DNA from: Schmidtea nova
Lineage: Eukaryota
DNA length: 64,000 nucleotides
Assembly: GCA_044892505.1 (NCBI GenBank)
Contig: CM097882.1
Coordinates: 537,478,001 to 537,542,000, forward strand
Direction: 5' to 3'
Below the pieces are notes generated by a model. It was not told where the DNA came from. It was given only the letters and a program-made list of their open reading frames with translations, and did not search any database. A program made the translations under genes and the position numbers. Below are positions 60,201 through 64,000 of this stretch, in pieces; position 1 is the first letter of the stretch, and every line of letters starts with the position of its first letter.

Positions 60201-61507
60201 TATTTGCAAATATATACCTATACATTCGATTAAATATTTAGCTATTTGGGTACTAGTTTTATAAACGGATGGCCTCAAAATATTCTACACTGAAAAAGAA
60301 AAAGAGTTTTTCATTTTTTAACGCAACATTGACATTTATTATGATTTTATTTAATTTATAGTGCTAAAAGTTATAAACAATTAATTGACATCAAGCTTAA
60401 ATCAAAATTTATATTTAACGAAAATATTAAATTAACATAATCAGATTAAAATAAAACACTATTATATTAGAAATTAACACACATTTCAAACCCCATTTAA
60501 TCCGCGAAGTACTAATCTCACTGGACACCATATTTTTGAGGGGCCTCCAAATATTAAATACATTCGAAAAACTTCTCCAATAGCAAAAAAATACCAGGAA
60601 TTGAAAGAGAAAAAAAACAAAGATGAAAATTAATTAATGAATTTGCCAGCAAGAGCTAGAAAATTGCTTTATCATTTCTTTGCATTATTTTTTAATTAAA
60701 ATCAATAAAATTTATTTTTAGTGTATACACGTGTCCCCCCAAAAAGTTACAAAACGTGCTGTATTTAATTGAAAACAATTATATTTACTGTTTTTGCTAA
60801 GTTATAAACTTTTTTTTATTTTTATGGCACACTCACAAGACATTGTTTGTGGTTTTAATAGGAAATACGTCAACATACATTTAACTCAAAATTATGCGTC
60901 CTTTTGCAATTTTTATGAGCGTGGGTAAATCCCGATATATTTCCCAGTTGTCCTAATGTTTTGACTAAATGTCATTTATAAGTATGTATGCATACATCGG
61001 TCAGTGTACACATTCATTTGATTATAGCATATTTATTAATGTTTATTAAGTTTTACAAATAAATTTTGTTTTTGAGATCTGTGAAAATTTATTCTAAATA
61101 AGTCATTTTTTCTAACGTATTTTGTTCACAAAATTTCAATGTGAAAAATATCTGGTGAACCGGAAGTCCTCGTGTTAATATTAATTTTTCTTGGACTTTT
61201 CCTTAGTATTCTTTTTTTAACATGAAATATTTATCAATTTCCATTTTTATTGGTGGTTCCTTTAAAATATATTTAATGGTATTCTTGCGAAATTGTCCGT
61301 ATGAAATTTTATAATAATCGAAAATATTTTTTTTAGATTCTGTCGTTTGATGATGAAGCTTTTTCAAAAAAGTAATCACGACACTTGTTGAGACAAATGA
61401 TTAAAATAAATATTTAAATGATATTTTAATAAATCTAATTCGATTAGACATTGTTTTCATTTCAGTGTAACTGAGCAAAGAAGTCAAACAAAGTACAAAA
61501 TGATGAA

Positions 61508-63253
61508 TTATTTATTTAAAATAAACATGTATTTGTCGTTTATCTTGTGGAAATTTCTGAACTGCCATGTGATATTGTTTTGTATTCGGTGCTTAGATTC
61601 TTGTCTTTGGTTTTCTTCGATTTTATGCTTGGCCTCTGTTGCTGCAGCAACGTTATTGTCTTTCAAGTGCTTCGTAACTGTTTCCCATAATTTCCTCGAC
61701 TCAAAATCTTGTTGATGCAGCCTTTTTGTGACTCGCTTTTTCATCTTCGGCAACTGACTAATTTCGAGAAACTTGTGATAATCTTTGTCCTGAGAAAATT
61801 TCCCCATCATCAGGCCATTCCATTCTCCTTCAACGAAATAAAATGCTTTGCTTTCTTTCGGTCGAAAGATTTGAGCTTCTATTTTGTCTTTTTTTCCAAA
61901 AATAGTTTTCGTTTTGAAATTAATTGTCGACCTGTAATTGGTTTCTGCACAACTGATATGGCAATGGCCACCGAATTCTACCCATGGTGTACCGAAAATA
62001 TTGTTACAATAAGCTGTCGGAAAAGTGACAACGTATTCTTCATTTTTGTCAACAATTTTCAAAACAGCTTCACCGATCATTTCAACAGTGACGTAAAATC
62101 CCATGAACTTTGATTTCGGATAAATGTTGCCAGTGATTTGCATATTTTTGTCCGAAGTCTCCGCGTAAAATGCCGAAATCGGAGGATGATGGGATACTTG
62201 TTCACTAATAAATGAAACTCTGTCGACTGTGTTTTCATTATAAGGATTTGAAACTTCAAATTGACAGCTGAAAACCTCACCTAATATGGGGTTATAAGAC
62301 TTTTTAGCGACTTCTGATTTCTGACTTGTATGAAACGCTGACAAATACCATTTTAAGCAAGCCATCATTCGTAATTCTGCCGAATGCATTCTACCTATTT
62401 CCATCCATAAATCTGTGTGCGCTAAGAAATCTCCGTACATTTCTAACATGGACCGTCTTTCTAAAATATGAACTGGTAAAGTTATTTTTGTTAAATCCAT
62501 GCCGATTTTAATTTGTCTCAATAAATGGGAAATAATAGAGACATCTGTCGACATAGATGGTTTTTCGTCGTCATCATACAATTCATCAAAATATTCTCCA
62601 TTATCATTGCCCATTTGGGGCTCATTGTCAATTGTGTCATATAAATTTGATTCACTACAAAATATGTAGGAATCAAGCGAATAATAATCGCCAGAACTGT
62701 TATTTATCGAGAAATAATCGCCAGAGTCACTAATTTTTGATAAATGATTTTGGCTTATTTTACAATTCCGTAGATTTTCACTGAAATTCTCGTCACTTGG
62801 TGACAGTTCAATGATAATTTTATTGCATCCTGAATTCCCGTTACCTTGACAATCTTCAAATTCATAGTGCAAATTATTGGAGTGATTGCACTTGTCAAGG
62901 ATAAATGGATCCATAGACATCGATGTTGCACCGTAAGAGTTCGACCGCTTCAAATTGAGGTTGACATTTTTTTCGTCAATAATTTTATTCAGGGCCTCGA
63001 TCCAAGCGGCCAAATCGATTTTGCACTTTGACTTCAAACGAATTTTTCGAGTTTTGTTTTGAATGGAAAACTGTAAAGAGTCGATAATGTTAATTTTTAC
63101 GTTTTTCAAATCCATATAATCTTTAAATCTACCGATTTCTCGATCTTTTTTCGACGAGAAATAAATCAAATGTTTCTTTTCTTCATCTATTATGAAATAT
63201 CTATATTGCCACCTGAAAATATTATTTGTCCATTTTAACAAAATTCCATTCAT
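61508..63253 (-). CDS. OSBPL9: Oxysterol-binding protein-related protein, ORP9-like (PH domain plus ORD), single exon, 581 aa
   Basis: N-terminal GILLKWTNNIFRWQYRYF PH motif; IGMDLTKITLPVHILERRSMLEMY, YNPILGE, EQVSHHPP signature, KHKIEENQR; FFAT-like EYFDELY. Uninterrupted ORF. Confidence 0.93.
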   Translation of the reverse strand: MNGILLKWTNNIFRWQYRYFIIDEEKKHLIYFSSKKDREIGRFKDYMDLKNVKINIIDSLQFSIQNKTRKIRLKSKCKIDLAAWIEALNKIIDEKNVNLNLKRSNSYGATSMSMDPFILDKCNHSNNLHYEFEDCQGNGNSGCNKIIIELSPSDENFSENLRNCKISQNHLSKISDSGDYFSINNSSGDYYSLDSYIFCSESNLYDTIDNEPQMGNDNGEYFDELYDDDEKPSMSTDVSIISHLLRQIKIGMDLTKITLPVHILERRSMLEMYGDFLAHTDLWMEIGRMHSAELRMMACLKWYLSAFHTSQKSEVAKKSYNPILGEVFSCQFEVSNPYNENTVDRVSFISEQVSHHPPISAFYAETSDKNMQITGNIYPKSKFMGFYVTVEMIGEAVLKIVDKNEEYVVTFPTAYCNNIFGTPWVEFGGHCHISCAETNYRSTINFKTKTIFGKKDKIEAQIFRPKESKAFYFVEGEWNGLMMGKFSQDKDYHKFLEISQLPKMKKRVTKRLHQQDFESRKLWETVTKHLKDNNVAAATEAKHKIEENQRQESKHRIQNNITWQFRNFHKINDKYMFILNK

Positions 63254-63772
63254 GATATATTAGAAATTATTACTTTCCAAATCGGTTAAATAAATTTTTA
63301 TGATGTAATTTATAATTAATTAGGAGAATTTAATTAAATGAGGAATTTATATACAATTTTTCAAACAATTTTATTACATTGATATGTATAAAATTATTGA
63401 TTATTTTTCATAAAAACAAAAATAAAATTTTTAATTTAAAAATAATTTAATGTTTAATTTGCAAATTAAATTAAAAAAAAAATGTTTGAAAAAAATGTCA
63501 TTAAATAATTTTAAAATGAGATATGGTCGGATTCTTTTAAACCTATGATGAATTATAATTATAATAATATATTATTAGTGCAAATGCGATATTAATAATT
63601 CATTTTCTTGTGACGTTGCAATTGCAAATAATAAAAATTAGTTTATTTATTATTTATTATACCGATTTTTTACGTCTTTATAACGAAGCAAATATAACAG
63701 TAGATGGTCTTTTGTTTATCAATATAAATTAAATATCAATTCATTTGTAATTAAATTATGAAAAAGAATATA

Positions 63773-63951
63773 CCGTATATACTTGACTATAAGTCGATTC
63801 AAGTATAAGTCGAAGTGTCAGTTTTTGGAAAAAATAGCGTCCAAAATAGCCAAATCTTCCGGCTATTTCACGTCTCGAGTATAAGTCGAACGCCGTTTTT
63901 TTCGTCCTGGAATACAAATAAATTTCTCGACCTATAGTCGAGTATATACGG
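63773..63951. mobile_element. pogo/Tc2-type MITE, 179 bp
   Basis: TIR CCGTATATACTTGACTATAAGTCGA / TCGACCTATAGTCGAGTATATACGG with TA on both sides. Confidence 0.9.
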
Positions 63952-64000
63952 TAATTTCATTTATAATTTATTTTAAAATAAGAATATAACTTCAATTATT

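Overview
AT-rich animal (eukaryotic) genomic DNA dominated by transposable elements, with several N blocks bordered by (AAT)/(ATT) microsatellite. Host genes: a CDKL1-like kinase (+, visible exons 12895-37893) with tiny introns (44-51 nt) and 4.6-11 kb TE-filled introns; an intronless OSBPL9/ORP9-like gene (-, 61508-63253); and a decayed NR2-type nuclear-receptor fragment. Mobile DNA: a young, intact Ty3/gypsy element (about 300-6708), two decayed gypsy relatives, a small-LTR element with a piggyBac nested in its LTR, a MULE with a 10-bp TSD, several hAT/piggyBac/pogo MITEs, and a decayed Maverick/Polinton with two different major-capsid-like genes. The most striking signal is one Penelope-like (PLE) family. 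It occurs five times as a fold-back palindrome (arms from about 40 bp to 1320 bp, spacers 1-67 nt) with the element's 3' ends pointing outward, mostly into (AAT)n. The arms carry a minimal hammerhead ribozyme with a U3-A8 covariant core and an AUU cleavage site. One hairpin has a 12-bp TSD and diverged arms, which argues these are real insertions rather than assembly artefacts. All family assignments come from motif recognition by eye; no searches were run.
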